Positions 50,864-60,429 of a stretch of 64,000 nt of DNA are shown piece after piece (within the stretch, counting starts at the first letter, position 1; every line of letters begins with the position of its first letter). The notes beneath the pieces are model-generated. The model did no database searches. It had not been told where the DNA came from and saw nothing but the letters and a program-made list of their open reading frames with translations. The position numbers were made by a program, and so were the translations under genes. The stretch covers positions 1 to 64,000 of the IMG/VR virus record IMGVR_UViG_3300050120_000361. One strand, given 5' to 3'.

Positions 50864-51278
50864 TTGGAAATAGTTTGCTGTTCAACATGTCTGTAGCGGC
50901 CCTTATGGTTGAGAGCTCGTGGTACGAGAACACCGTGGCGCCCTTGAAGCTTATCTGGTTTATCGTGCACCCTCCAAACAGCAGTGGTTTGCCGTCAACT
51001 TCGGAAGTGCCGTACATTGCGGCCATGAAAAGGTGCGAGAGCATGCTGTCCTCTACGGTCATGTCCACGGTTATGCGCTGCCCCTTCATGAAACTGGTCC
51101 TTCCGAACATGTCCCTGACGTGCGGGTGGTTCAGCTGCTCTATGAGGTGCCCGCGCGACATGAAGTTAGAGAACAGTTTGAGGTGGTCGCTTATCGCCTT
51201 TTCGTTGTATTCGAGCACCCTTCCGTCAATCTCCAATGGTTCAGGCAGTTCCTGATCCTCTCTGTTTGTTTCCGCCAT
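50844..51278 (-). CDS. hypothetical protein
   Basis: 144 aa. Confidence 0.7.
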   Translation of the reverse strand: MAETNREDQELPEPLEIDGRVLEYNEKAISDHLKLFSNFMSRGHLIEQLNHPHVRDMFGRTSFMKGQRITVDMTVEDSMLSHLFMAAMYGTSEVDGKPLLFGGCTINQISFKGATVFSYHELSTIRAATDMLNSKLFPNGEQGQ

Positions 51279-51943
51279 TATTTCTTGTTTTTGTACTTAC
51301 TTCTTGATGCTGCCCGGCGCTCGGCGCGCGTTGGCTGTACTGCTGGTTGTTTTTCATTGCCTGTCGGTGAACTGACTACAACCGTACCGAATGCCGCGCT
51401 CTTGACCGTTATATTGTTTGTGTTTTCGTTTATGATGTCAGAGCCTGTGCGCTCGTCAACCAGGACGTGCGAGTGGTCGTGGCCCGGCAGGCGGCGCACT
51501 ACTTGCATCCTGCCACTGTTCTCGGCCCAGGCCAGATAATCCGGCTCCGCAACGTAACCGTTGTCCAGGCGGCTCCAAACAGCCGTCATCGGCAGGCTTT
51601 TCTGGTCCTTTGTGTCTGGGCCCTCCATCCAAAGCTGCTTGGCCCAGTCCCTGCGCGACATTGTGTTAGACGCCATGTAGGCGTGCCCAACGCCAACAAT
51701 ACCAAAATCCCTGAGCGGGTTCGGTCCTCCTATGGCAAATGGTCCGCACCCTGGCTGCATTGGCGGGTTCTCCGGGTCCCAGCCCGGTCCCTTGACGCGT
51801 GGGTCGTCTCCAGGCCCCTTTGGCCAGCGGTCCAGTGCCCGCATGAGCCTCATGGCGCGCAGCCGCGCCTCAACAGCCTCTATAAGCTCAGGCGACCATT
51901 CGCCTATTGACTCGTACAATTCCTGTTCCTTTTCCGTGAGCAT
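51278..51943 (-). CDS. hypothetical protein, Pro/Gly-rich middle
   Basis: 221 aa. Confidence 0.65.
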   Translation of the reverse strand: MLTEKEQELYESIGEWSPELIEAVEARLRAMRLMRALDRWPKGPGDDPRVKGPGWDPENPPMQPGCGPFAIGGPNPLRDFGIVGVGHAYMASNTMSRRDWAKQLWMEGPDTKDQKSLPMTAVWSRLDNGYVAEPDYLAWAENSGRMQVVRRLPGHDHSHVLVDERTGSDIINENTNNITVKSAAFGTVVVSSPTGNEKQPAVQPTRAERRAASRSKYKNKK

Positions 51944-51983
51944 GGTATGGCTATCCTCCGTTTACGTGCCTTCATCAGGCGTT

Positions 51984-53600
51984 TTAATCCTCGATCGCTT
52001 TCCAGTAGGATTTGCGCTTGCCGAGCGTTAGCCTGTTCTGACGCTCAAGACCTGTGGACATTATCAGCTTGGGGTCGTTGGTCATTAGGTTGGTGAAGCG
52101 CATGCCCTCCTCGTTGTTCAGCTTGTTCGGGTTGAGCGTGCCTGAAACAACCACGTCTATTATGTCGTTCTTTGATATTTCGTGCGCAGCTATCACGTCG
52201 AACATGTGCGTTATTACCGGAACGCAGTAGTTGGAGTAGTGCTTCACCAGCGATGCCCGGCCAATATCCTCAATGGCCCAGATGTCCTTCTCCACGCCGA
52301 AGACGCAGTACCCGCGCTCTATCAGGTAACGTGCCGCATTGGCCTTTCCGAGAACCTTCTCAACGGTGCGTATCACGCGGTTGTCAGTCATGAAGTCCTC
52401 GACAATCCTCACGTTCGCGAAGTGCCCTTTGAAGCTCACCCTGGTGAGCGTGCCGTAATCGTTCATGCGCCGGATGCACACTATGTCCCTGTAGGTCGTG
52501 TCGAGCATTGTGGTCAGAAGCGATTTGAGCACGTTCCTGTCGTACTCGTACTGCGAAGGGACCTTCCAGCGGGCCCAGTCTATTTGCGCCCTTATGGATG
52601 GCACCAGGTGCTCCTCGGCTATGAAGCACTCGTGGCTGTTGGCGAGGTAGTCCTTTCCTATCACGCCGTTTGTGGAGTGCACCCGTATCGTGAACTTTGA
52701 GGTGTATATGTAGAACTCGCGCGGGAACACGTATATGGAGTACTGACCCCTGTCGCCGTTGAACATCTGCACCAGGCACTTGTCAAGGGCCTCGTACAGC
52801 CGGTTCTTCATTGCCTCGGTCTCCTTCCACCAGGCGTGCAAGGTGTCGAGCTGCTGCTCCGATATGGCCACGGATGTCTTGGTGAATTTGGCGCAGGCCT
52901 GCGCGAGCTTCCTGTTTGATGTCGTGTCGGAAACCCATGTGGCCCTGAAGCCGAATGTGCCGCAGCGAAGCGCTGAGTATTCCATGAACTTGGCGAAAGC
53001 GGGCAGCTTGTAGAGTATGGGCCATGCGGACTGTAACAGTGACATGCCGTTCTTCGGCTTTGTCATCCTGCCAACAACCCCGCTTCCCCAGCCGTAACCC
53101 AGCTCAAATGGGGTGCTCTGCGGGCCGCTCATGGCGGCGCACCATATCCTGGTCGGTGTCATCTCCAGTTCCCAAACAACCTTATCGAGCCCCTTATTCA
53201 CCAGCGCCTCTTCCACGCGCACGTAGTGCAGGAACACCATGGTGCAGTACGCCATTATGCGGTCGTACTGGCGCAGGTTGCACATGAGCATGTTCTCGAA
53301 CGTGGCGTAGAGCTCCCGAAGGTCGCCTCTCACGTAGGCGTCCTTTTCCGCATCGGTTATTGTCGCGTTTATGAAGGGCTTTACCCGGAGATAGTCCGTG
53401 TCTTCAAACAGTAGTGGATTGTTCGTTATTAGCGATGACCACCTCCAGTCAAAGCCCTCTACCTTGTCGAAGTTGCTGGCGATGAAGTCGCCTACGTTCT
53501 TTACGTATTTCGTGTTTTCGAGGCTTGAGGACTCGAAAATAGAGCGCATGCTGATGACCTTTTCGCGGTCGGTCAGCAAGGCCTCCTTCTCATTTGACAT
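51984..53600 (-). CDS. hypothetical protein
   Basis: about 538 aa, no motif recognised. Confidence 0.8.
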   Translation of the reverse strand: MSNEKEALLTDREKVISMRSIFESSSLENTKYVKNVGDFIASNFDKVEGFDWRWSSLITNNPLLFEDTDYLRVKPFINATITDAEKDAYVRGDLRELYATFENMLMCNLRQYDRIMAYCTMVFLHYVRVEEALVNKGLDKVVWELEMTPTRIWCAAMSGPQSTPFELGYGWGSGVVGRMTKPKNGMSLLQSAWPILYKLPAFAKFMEYSALRCGTFGFRATWVSDTTSNRKLAQACAKFTKTSVAISEQQLDTLHAWWKETEAMKNRLYEALDKCLVQMFNGDRGQYSIYVFPREFYIYTSKFTIRVHSTNGVIGKDYLANSHECFIAEEHLVPSIRAQIDWARWKVPSQYEYDRNVLKSLLTTMLDTTYRDIVCIRRMNDYGTLTRVSFKGHFANVRIVEDFMTDNRVIRTVEKVLGKANAARYLIERGYCVFGVEKDIWAIEDIGRASLVKHYSNYCVPVITHMFDVIAAHEISKNDIIDVVVSGTLNPNKLNNEEGMRFTNLMTNDPKLIMSTGLERQNRLTLGKRKSYWKAIED

Positions 53601-54930
53601 CAATTCCCTCCACGCTTCTTGGGTTCACCTGTATGCCACTACGCGTCATCACCTCATCCATTGCGGCGGTCTGGTCGTCCCTGTTGTCCATGCAGATGTT
53701 CTGCACGTCGGACATTGAGATGCCCGCAGGGAAGGCCTGCTCGCTGAAGTACTGCTGCAGGTACTCCTCATTGCGCCCGTTTCCGTAGAACAGTGCGAAG
53801 TACTTCTCGATTGTCCTTTCGTCGGGGTTCTTGACGGTCAGGTGGTAGTCCATCCTGCCCGCCCGTATCAGTGCCGGGTCGAGCTCGGACTTGCGGTTCG
53901 TCGTGAATATTACAATCATGCCTGGCTTGTGCATGGCGCCCGATATGCTGTTGAGTACAGCCGAAAAGGACAGTTCGGACTTCTTGTTCCTTATCTCCCT
54001 GCCATTAAAGAACGTGTCGATGTCCTCCACCAGGAGTATCGCGTTTTCGCCTATGTTCTTCACTGCCATCTTCAAAGACATGTTGCCGTTCAGTTCGTTA
54101 AAGTCTATGGTGTACACGTCCCTGTTAAGGTGCGAGGCGAGCGCCAATGCCAATGTGGTTTTACCGTTTCCTGGGTCTCCGTCGAATATGTAGCCGCGCG
54201 TGTATGGTATGCCCATTCTCTCATACCAATCCCTGTCGCCCGCAAACCTCTGCATGTCAGCGAGCAGGTCGGTGACCGTGTCGTCGGTCATCACCACCTT
54301 GTCGAGAGGCTTCACGTCTATCTTGTTGGCGAGGTAGTACCATCCGCCGTAGTCGGCAGCGTACACGCGCACCGAGTTGGGGTTCTGCTTCTTGTTGGTT
54401 GCCTCAACTATTGTTTCCAGAAGCTCGTTTATCTCCTTCTTGGCTCGGACGCCTATTATCGTGTACTCGTTGAAGAACATGCTGAGCACACTGTTGGTGT
54501 TCGTGAGCCTTTCCTTGTTCTTGAAGATATAGACCCGCTTGCCGTTAAGGCGTATCACGAACTTGCCCTGGTTCTGCCTGTAGAACACCCTCCGCGCCTT
54601 CTCCACCTCCTTGCCGCTGTCACCCTCCTTGGGCAGCGCGGACTTGTCAACATGGTTTCCGAAAGCCTCGTACTCCTGGGTCGTCGCCACCACGTTGCGG
54701 TACTTTACGGAGTGGTTGGCGTAGAACCAGTTCTCAAAGTCGAAGTACAGCGGGTCGGTCTGGTTGATGTTGACCCGGTACATTACCAGGCCCTCGACCT
54801 TCCAGTAAATGGCCTGCGGGACAGTCCTCAAATAGTACAGTATGGAACCCATCGAGCCAGCGAGCGCGGCCGCGGAAAAGAACTGATTGGTCTCAAGCTG
54901 GTGCCTGACCCATAGCCATATTTCATGCAC
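53590..54930 (-). CDS. BCS1-like AAA+ ATPase
   Basis: N-terminal TM; GIPYTRG...GDPGNGKT, VEDID, TTN, LDPALIRAGRMD. Confidence 0.85.
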   Translation of the reverse strand: MHEIWLWVRHQLETNQFFSAAALAGSMGSILYYLRTVPQAIYWKVEGLVMYRVNINQTDPLYFDFENWFYANHSVKYRNVVATTQEYEAFGNHVDKSALPKEGDSGKEVEKARRVFYRQNQGKFVIRLNGKRVYIFKNKERLTNTNSVLSMFFNEYTIIGVRAKKEINELLETIVEATNKKQNPNSVRVYAADYGGWYYLANKIDVKPLDKVVMTDDTVTDLLADMQRFAGDRDWYERMGIPYTRGYIFDGDPGNGKTTLALALASHLNRDVYTIDFNELNGNMSLKMAVKNIGENAILLVEDIDTFFNGREIRNKKSELSFSAVLNSISGAMHKPGMIVIFTTNRKSELDPALIRAGRMDYHLTVKNPDERTIEKYFALFYGNGRNEEYLQQYFSEQAFPAGISMSDVQNICMDNRDDQTAAMDEVMTRSGIQVNPRSVEGIDVK

Positions 54931-55246
54931 GTTGAGTCCCTCCCATATTTGTTTGAAACTCGTGGTACAGGTAGTCTATCGGGTGCTCCGAAACCACGAG
55001 GGTTGTCATGAACCCGTTAACGCCTCCAAAGACCTTGGCCTCGCTCGGGAACCTGCCGAGTATCCGGTCTGGAAGGGATGTCATGCACAGCTCAAACCAG
55101 TGTATTTTCGGAAATGAGTTGGTTTCAACCATTCCGTCCTCCCCGCAGGTGCGCGGCCCGTACTTGTCCGGCCAGAACGCCTCAATCATCTCAGCGAGTT
55201 TGGCCCGCTGGTGCGGCGTTGTTTGCATTGTGAAATCTATCGGCAT
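54923..55246 (-). CDS. hypothetical protein
   Basis: 107 aa. Confidence 0.7.
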   Translation of the reverse strand: MPIDFTMQTTPHQRAKLAEMIEAFWPDKYGPRTCGEDGMVETNSFPKIHWFELCMTSLPDRILGRFPSEAKVFGGVNGFMTTLVVSEHPIDYLYHEFQTNMGGTQRA

Positions 55247-55250
55247 ATCA

Positions 55251-55778
55251 TTACTTTTTAAGCGTTTCCCTGAACCAAGAAATGAACCCCCAATTGGCTA
55301 TTCCAATTCCAATTCCAGGCTCTTCCGCTTTCACACGACCGAGCCTGTTGGCAATTTCATCATGCACTGGGAGTACGATTTCCTTACCGTCATAGCCCTG
55401 CCTGCCCTCTCGGGTCTTCTGCGCCCACCGGTCCTTCATTTCCTCGATGAATATGTCCATGTAGTCGAATGTAGTGAAAAGGTCGATGCGTTGCCTGGTG
55501 CTTAGGTCTTCAAGCCTGTTTTCTGCGTGCGCGTTCGAAGCCCTTTCGAGCGTTTCGCCGTGCCTTGTCATGGTGATGTAGTCGGCGCCGCACGCTATGG
55601 TCAGGAACTTGTCCACTGCCTCGCGCTGGTTCGGCGTCATGCCGTCATAGGTCCGCTCAATCATGGTCTCTATAACTTCCCCATTCTGCTCTGCCTTTTC
55701 GCGGAGCCTTAACGCCATTTGGTGCGGGAGTGTTAGCGGCTGCTGAAGCCTTTGCTGCATTGTTTTGTCGTTGCTCAT
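55251..55778 (-). CDS. hypothetical protein
   Basis: 175 aa (alternative start 55664). Confidence 0.7.
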   Translation of the reverse strand: MSNDKTMQQRLQQPLTLPHQMALRLREKAEQNGEVIETMIERTYDGMTPNQREAVDKFLTIACGADYITMTRHGETLERASNAHAENRLEDLSTRQRIDLFTTFDYMDIFIEEMKDRWAQKTREGRQGYDGKEIVLPVHDEIANRLGRVKAEEPGIGIGIANWGFISWFRETLKK

Positions 55779-56157
55779 ATTCTTGTGTTTTCTCGTGGTA
55801 GTTGTCCAATTCCCCGTTCAGGGCGCGCATCTGGAAGTCTCGCGCTATCGCCTTCTTGTCAGCTCCGGAACCGATGTCCATCTGTATGTACTTGCATACG
55901 GCCTCTGAGGTGTTCACGCCGAGTACAGAATGCACTGTGAACCAGCTCCTGGCCCCTCCCTGGGTCTTGACCTTTTCTGGAACGTTCAGCAGAACGAACC
56001 ATCCGACGTCTGGGACCCTGAAGCAGTAGTGCCTTCTGCCGTATTTGCAGAACTGTACCGTTATCGGCAGAGGCTTGACCTTGCCGCCGTGCACGTGGCT
56101 TTTGCCGCCCTTTCCAGAAGCGGCTTTGGGTATTACAGGGGTGCTGTATCTACTCAT
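55657..56157 (-). CDS. hypothetical protein
   Basis: 166 aa; overlaps next gene by 122 nt if 55778 is its start. Confidence 0.65.
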   Translation of the reverse strand: MSRYSTPVIPKAASGKGGKSHVHGGKVKPLPITVQFCKYGRRHYCFRVPDVGWFVLLNVPEKVKTQGGARSWFTVHSVLGVNTSEAVCKYIQMDIGSGADKKAIARDFQMRALNGELDNYHEKTQEYEQRQNNAAKASAAANTPAPNGVKAPRKGRAEWGSYRDHD

Positions 56158-56185
56158 TTCCTTATGTTAATTGTGTGTTTTGGTT

Positions 56186-56647
56186 TCAGTATATCTCCTC
56201 TGAAGTCAGTGGGTCGCCCTCCTTCCACCAGAGTATTTGCCCGCACCTGTACGCGAGCACCGCGGCCTCCTCCCTGCTGAGGAAGATGTTCTTGCTGGTG
56301 ACGAAGCCCTGTATTATGCGCCTCGGGCCTGTAAGCCTGGCGAGATTAACAATATCCCCCGATGGCATGCGCACTTCAGAGGGGCCAAGGCCGCCGCTAA
56401 GGGCCGACTTTGTGGCGTAGCAGTTGTCGTGCCTCTTTCCCGTTATCACGAACCCAGACTTGATATTGAACGGCTGTCCCCAATGCTCGTGGCCGTCATC
56501 GAACCAGATAGCGGACATCGCGACGTACTCGCGCCAGATGAGCACCCAGCGCCACCTGAGCCTGAACCTTTTGAAGCCTTTGAAGCCTTTCGCTATGTGG
56601 TGTATGTTCTTTCTCATCTGTTGAAGTATCTTAATTCCTTGCCGCAC
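56186..56647 (-). CDS. hypothetical protein
   Basis: SAIW...G.RH..C...QGFVTS...FL.REEA, a common phage family. Confidence 0.7.
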   Translation of the reverse strand: MRQGIKILQQMRKNIHHIAKGFKGFKRFRLRWRWVLIWREYVAMSAIWFDDGHEHWGQPFNIKSGFVITGKRHDNCYATKSALSGGLGPSEVRMPSGDIVNLARLTGPRRIIQGFVTSKNIFLSREEAAVLAYRCGQILWWKEGDPLTSEEIY

Positions 56648-56853
56648 CTTAGGCAGGTTAGGCCCTTGTCGTCGCTTAGGAAATTGCGCTTGGTTCCTGC
56701 AATAACGTATTCCTTATCCAGCTTGAACTCAATGCCATTGGATATTCTGTGACTTATGGCGCATATCACCGCTATCCCGTCAATTGTTACAGTTGCCGGC
56801 AATGGGTCCAAATGGCTGCCGATTTCGCACCGACACAATTCGTTTTCTTTCAT
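56614..56853 (-). CDS. small Cys-containing protein
   Basis: 79 aa; CRC...CLRC. Confidence 0.6.
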   Translation of the reverse strand: MKENELCRCEIGSHLDPLPATVTIDGIAVICAISHRISNGIEFKLDKEYVIAGTKRNFLSDDKGLTCLRCGKELRYFNR

Positions 56854-57284
56854 ATAGATTTGTAGATGTTCCTGCGCATGGCGTCCATCGCCTCGATGTC
56901 CCTGACGCGCTTTTCGGGGGATTTTGTCAGTCCGGTCCTGGCAACGTGCTCGAGCACCCACTGTATCTGGTGCGGGAGCTGCACGTTGCACCCGAGCCAG
57001 TGGTCCCAGTAACGGGATATTTTCCACTCGGGGTCCACAACCATCACGTCGACCTTCCAGTCCCGGATATGCATAGGCTCGTGCACCCTGACGGTGAATT
57101 CGGGGAATTCGAGGATGTTGACGAGCTTTCCGCCGTGCCTCCTCACTATGAGGTCCAGGTCATTCGGCACCCGCTCAAGGAAGCCGAGATGGTGCAGAGC
57201 CGCCGACCCTCCTAGAACGAACTCGGGGCAAAGGACACGCAGGTCCTGCAGCACCTTTAATACGCCCGTATCGGATGAAATCAA
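56850..57284 (-). CDS. nucleotidyltransferase-like protein
   Basis: FVLGGSAAL...NDLDLIV (GS + DxD, Pol-beta superfamily). Confidence 0.6.
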   Translation of the reverse strand: MISSDTGVLKVLQDLRVLCPEFVLGGSAALHHLGFLERVPNDLDLIVRRHGGKLVNILEFPEFTVRVHEPMHIRDWKVDVMVVDPEWKISRYWDHWLGCNVQLPHQIQWVLEHVARTGLTKSPEKRVRDIEAMDAMRRNIYKSI

Positions 57285-57757
57285 GCGTTCGCGGCCCTTC
57301 TAAGCTCCTCGCCGTTCAATAGCATGAAAGCGTATATGGCGGACACGTCCGCGGTGGGGCTCTCGCACAGTTTCCAAACCGCCTTATAGTCAGAGTATTT
57401 GGGAACCCTGTTCCCTGTTGTGGCGAATGCGAGCACGGCCGCGTTGTATATTCCGGGAAAGGTCTGCACCATTGCCATCCAATTGATTTCCTCCATTGTG
57501 GTCATATTGGTCGGTACGAGGTGGTTTCCCTGGTCTTTCTTCATTGGTATGAAGAACAGAACGTCAGAGGCGTCAATTGTCGCCATTCCAGTCTTGCCCT
57601 TGGGCTCGAGGCACAGGCAGTCGCCTTCCGGGTTCCGCTCAATCACCTGCACCAGCTTGCCTTCAAAGGCCTCATTGCCAGGCATGCAGTGGCTAGTCTT
57701 GCTCATTATCGGGTTTGCTATCATGGCGTGCCCTGTCTCCTTGTCATTTCCAAACAT
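57281..57757 (-). CDS. hypothetical protein
   Basis: 158 aa. Confidence 0.7.
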   Translation of the reverse strand: MFGNDKETGHAMIANPIMSKTSHCMPGNEAFEGKLVQVIERNPEGDCLCLEPKGKTGMATIDASDVLFFIPMKKDQGNHLVPTNMTTMEEINWMAMVQTFPGIYNAAVLAFATTGNRVPKYSDYKAVWKLCESPTADVSAIYAFMLLNGEELRRAANA

Positions 57758-57758
57758 T

Positions 57759-57983
57759 TTATTGCTCCTTGAGTACTGGGTTATTGTATATGTTGTCCTC
57801 TGTCACTATGTGGACTGCTGACGGGTTCAGGAGGACGTTTCCCTGTATGGTGCTGAATATCACCGCCTTGCCGTTGTTCCTTATCAGGTCTCCCATAAGG
57901 TCATGGAAGTTGTTCCTGCCGATTTCCTGTATCTCCTGGTTCGGCTGCATCGCGAAGTACTTGGTTTTTTCTGACATGTTCAA
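57759..57983 (-). CDS. hypothetical protein
   Basis: 74 aa. Confidence 0.7.
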   Translation of the reverse strand: MNMSEKTKYFAMQPNQEIQEIGRNNFHDLMGDLIRNNGKAVIFSTIQGNVLLNPSAVHIVTEDNIYNNPVLKEQ

Positions 57984-58720
57984 TCGGTTATTTCAACAGT
58001 GTAATTAATAAGTGCTATGTAAACATTATCGGTTATAAAGCCTTTCCATTTTTCAGCAAGCTCTTTCAGCTTAGTCTCCTTTTGCTCCTTATACCAAAGA
58101 AAGGCTTCTTCGGGTGTCGCGCACAGTGGCCCAAAAATCTTCTTGCCGTTATTGTCTAAAAGCTGTCCCCTGTAATATTTACCGTTAAGCATTACTCCAA
58201 TAGGTAAAACACCCCTTGCGCCATCGCTTTTGCAGAAGAAGTTGTTTATCTCCTTCGGCACGAAGCAGCACCTGAGCGGATGGTATGCCTTGTTGCCTTT
58301 TACGAGAATGTCCTTGTCCAGCTCCCAACCCTCAACGTAGTTCTCTTCGAACCAGTCGCCGAAAACCTGGAAATCAGCCCATCCCTTGAATACTGCTGTT
58401 TCAGCGTATGTCGGATTTCTTCCATGCAGCTTCTTGTCCATTACCCTCCTAATCATTGCCTGCCAAACAACATACTTTACGCAGGGTTTTTGGTCAACAT
58501 TGCATTTGTGCTTTCCTATACCCAAATAGCCAAAACCGTATATGTTCGGTATGTATGGGTTCCTGACCTTTCCACCAAGCAGGTTGCTGTACGACACCTT
58601 TTCAACCACGTGGCCGTCGTCAAACCTTACGGTTGCATCGTGCGGCCCCTTGTATTCTATTATCTCAAGAAACATGCCATTACCCATTTGCATTCGCTTT
58701 CCAGTAAAGTCTCTTGCCAT
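57980..58720 (-). CDS. HNH-like/AP2-domain homing-endonuclease-like protein
   Basis: W..M..R, W.DFQ.F.DWF, LDKDIL..GNK.Y....C.FVP..IN, AP2-like tail; AT-rich. Confidence 0.75.
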   Translation of the reverse strand: MARDFTGKRMQMGNGMFLEIIEYKGPHDATVRFDDGHVVEKVSYSNLLGGKVRNPYIPNIYGFGYLGIGKHKCNVDQKPCVKYVVWQAMIRRVMDKKLHGRNPTYAETAVFKGWADFQVFGDWFEENYVEGWELDKDILVKGNKAYHPLRCCFVPKEINNFFCKSDGARGVLPIGVMLNGKYYRGQLLDNNGKKIFGPLCATPEEAFLWYKEQKETKLKELAEKWKGFITDNVYIALINYTVEITD

Positions 58721-58721
58721 A

Positions 58722-59342
58722 TTAGTCTGTCTTGAAGTGCGTGAACTCGTTGTGCTCGAACATTACCATTACCCTGAGGTGCTCCGCGTTCGGCAGGTGA
58801 TCGAGCGCGACTATCAGGTCCGAGGCCTTAAGCGGGTAGCTGTCGGACTGGCCGAACAGCCAAAGCACGGGTTCCTTCCACAGGTAGGCTTCCAAGTCGA
58901 ATGACTGATGCACGTCGCGTGGCGTGTTCTTCATGGCGTTTTCGCACTGGTAGGAGTAGAAGCCGCCACCGAGCACCGCCCAACCTTCGGCCTCTGGAAA
59001 CAGCACGGAGTACTCATCGACTATTGCCTTGTGCGGCATGCGCCTGTTGGCGAACTGCCATGAGTACCGGTTCCCAGGGCCTCGAAGCACCACGTACTTA
59101 AGTGCTATGCACGGGTAAGTTGAAACCCTTTCCATGTAGCGCCTTTCCATGCCTGTTGGGGACGCGTTTTCAAGCGCTGTCCGCTCATCAAGAGTTATCA
59201 ACTGGCTCGCTTCCTGTATGTTTGAGTATTGGAGCAGTGACATTCCGGCACTCTTTATCTGGTAGAGGCCGTAGTCCAAATGCGTCATGTGCGTGTTGTC
59301 GCTGAAGTACACGAATTCAGGGTCTGTGTATATCACGTTCAT
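58722..59342 (-). CDS. hypothetical protein
   Basis: 206 aa from ATG 59342; PHK...LGGGF...L.GQS.SY. Confidence 0.7.
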   Translation of the reverse strand: MNVIYTDPEFVYFSDNTHMTHLDYGLYQIKSAGMSLLQYSNIQEASQLITLDERTALENASPTGMERRYMERVSTYPCIALKYVVLRGPGNRYSWQFANRRMPHKAIVDEYSVLFPEAEGWAVLGGGFYSYQCENAMKNTPRDVHQSFDLEAYLWKEPVLWLFGQSDSYPLKASDLIVALDHLPNAEHLRVMVMFEHNEFTHFKTD

Positions 59343-59608
59343 ATCTTTCCGTATTTGTGGAGCATTACGATAATTCCTATTGCTATTTCGATGTGTATTA
59401 TCCAAAAGTACCATCCCCACTGTATGAGCAGTGGCGTGGCACCTTCGGCGAATTCAGCGAGCGTGTGCTTGTGCCGCTTCCACGGGTGTTCCGGCCTCAT
59501 CCACGGAAAGCACGCGGCGTATATTAGCCATGGTATGAGCACGGCCACTTGGCGCCAGAAGCTTGAAGGGCCGTTCGGGCCGTCCAATAGTTCAAGGTTG
59601 TTCCCCAT
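59339..59608 (-). CDS. small membrane protein
   Basis: 89 aa from ATG 59608. Confidence 0.65.
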   Translation of the reverse strand: MGNNLELLDGPNGPSSFWRQVAVLIPWLIYAACFPWMRPEHPWKRHKHTLAEFAEGATPLLIQWGWYFWIIHIEIAIGIIVMLHKYGKI

Positions 59609-59619
59609 ATCAGTATCTT

Positions 59620-59931
59620 TTAATGTCGGTTCTGGCCAATGAGCTGTTTGAATGCCCAGAACCTGATGCGCTTTGCGGCTGGCCTGTTCGCCCAATGGAT
59701 GTTGAGAACCAATTGGAAGCAAAGCAGTACGACGCCAAGCCTCCACCAAGTGGTGGCGTGAGTTTTTGCGGATTGGTCTCGCACTATAAAAACAGCGGGC
59801 ATTGACAATCCAAAGCATGTCGTGAATGACCACTCGAACTTCAGGTCGAGTTCAGGATTGTCTGATGCCTTCAGCACAACAAGCGCCGAAACGAAAAAGG
59901 CGAATGCCGCAAAGTCTATGGCGTATATCAT
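59620..59931 (-). CDS. membrane protein
   Basis: 103 aa, three hydrophobic segments. Confidence 0.65.
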   Translation of the reverse strand: MIYAIDFAAFAFFVSALVVLKASDNPELDLKFEWSFTTCFGLSMPAVFIVRDQSAKTHATTWWRLGVVLLCFQLVLNIHWANRPAAKRIRFWAFKQLIGQNRH

Positions 59932-60185
59932 GGCTTTGACGTGTTTGGGTACGGCGCGTAAGGCCCAACGGACCTTGAATTGTAGTGCTGCTTCTGCAGA
60001 CCGTCAATAATTTCCTGGTAGCCCATCTCCAAATGGATTATGACGCTTTCCACGTGGCTGTTGAGCGTGCCCTCATCCATTACTCCTGATGTCTCTTCGG
60101 GAAAGAACTGGTAGCCCGTGTTTTCTATGCTTTCTATCAGCTTGACCATTTCAGGTAATGGCTGGTAACCGAATTTTGCTTTCAT
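59928..60185 (-). CDS. hypothetical protein
   Basis: 85 aa. Confidence 0.7.
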   Translation of the reverse strand: MKAKFGYQPLPEMVKLIESIENTGYQFFPEETSGVMDEGTLNSHVESVIIHLEMGYQEIIDGLQKQHYNSRSVGPYAPYPNTSKP

Positions 60186-60409
60186 TAGTTGTCGAAGGTT
60201 ATTTCGTGTATTGTCAGGCCGAAGCGGCCCTCGGCATCGTACTCAACGGAAGGCTTGCCCAAGTCCCAATCGGAACTGTCGCCTGAGCCCTTTGCGGAAC
60301 GGCACTCCTCGCTTTCGAGGAAGGCCTTTTCGAATGCGCCGCTTTCGAAGAACATCGCAACGGCGTTCGCGCCAATTTTGCTAAGTCCTGTAATCTTTAT
60401 GTCTGCCAT
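60185..60409 (-). CDS. hypothetical protein
   Basis: 74 aa from ATG 60409, follows promoter. Confidence 0.7.
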   Translation of the reverse strand: MADIKITGLSKIGANAVAMFFESGAFEKAFLESEECRSAKGSGDSSDWDLGKPSVEYDAEGRFGLTIHEITFDN

Positions 60410-60429
60410 AATAGTTGTGGTTTTATACG

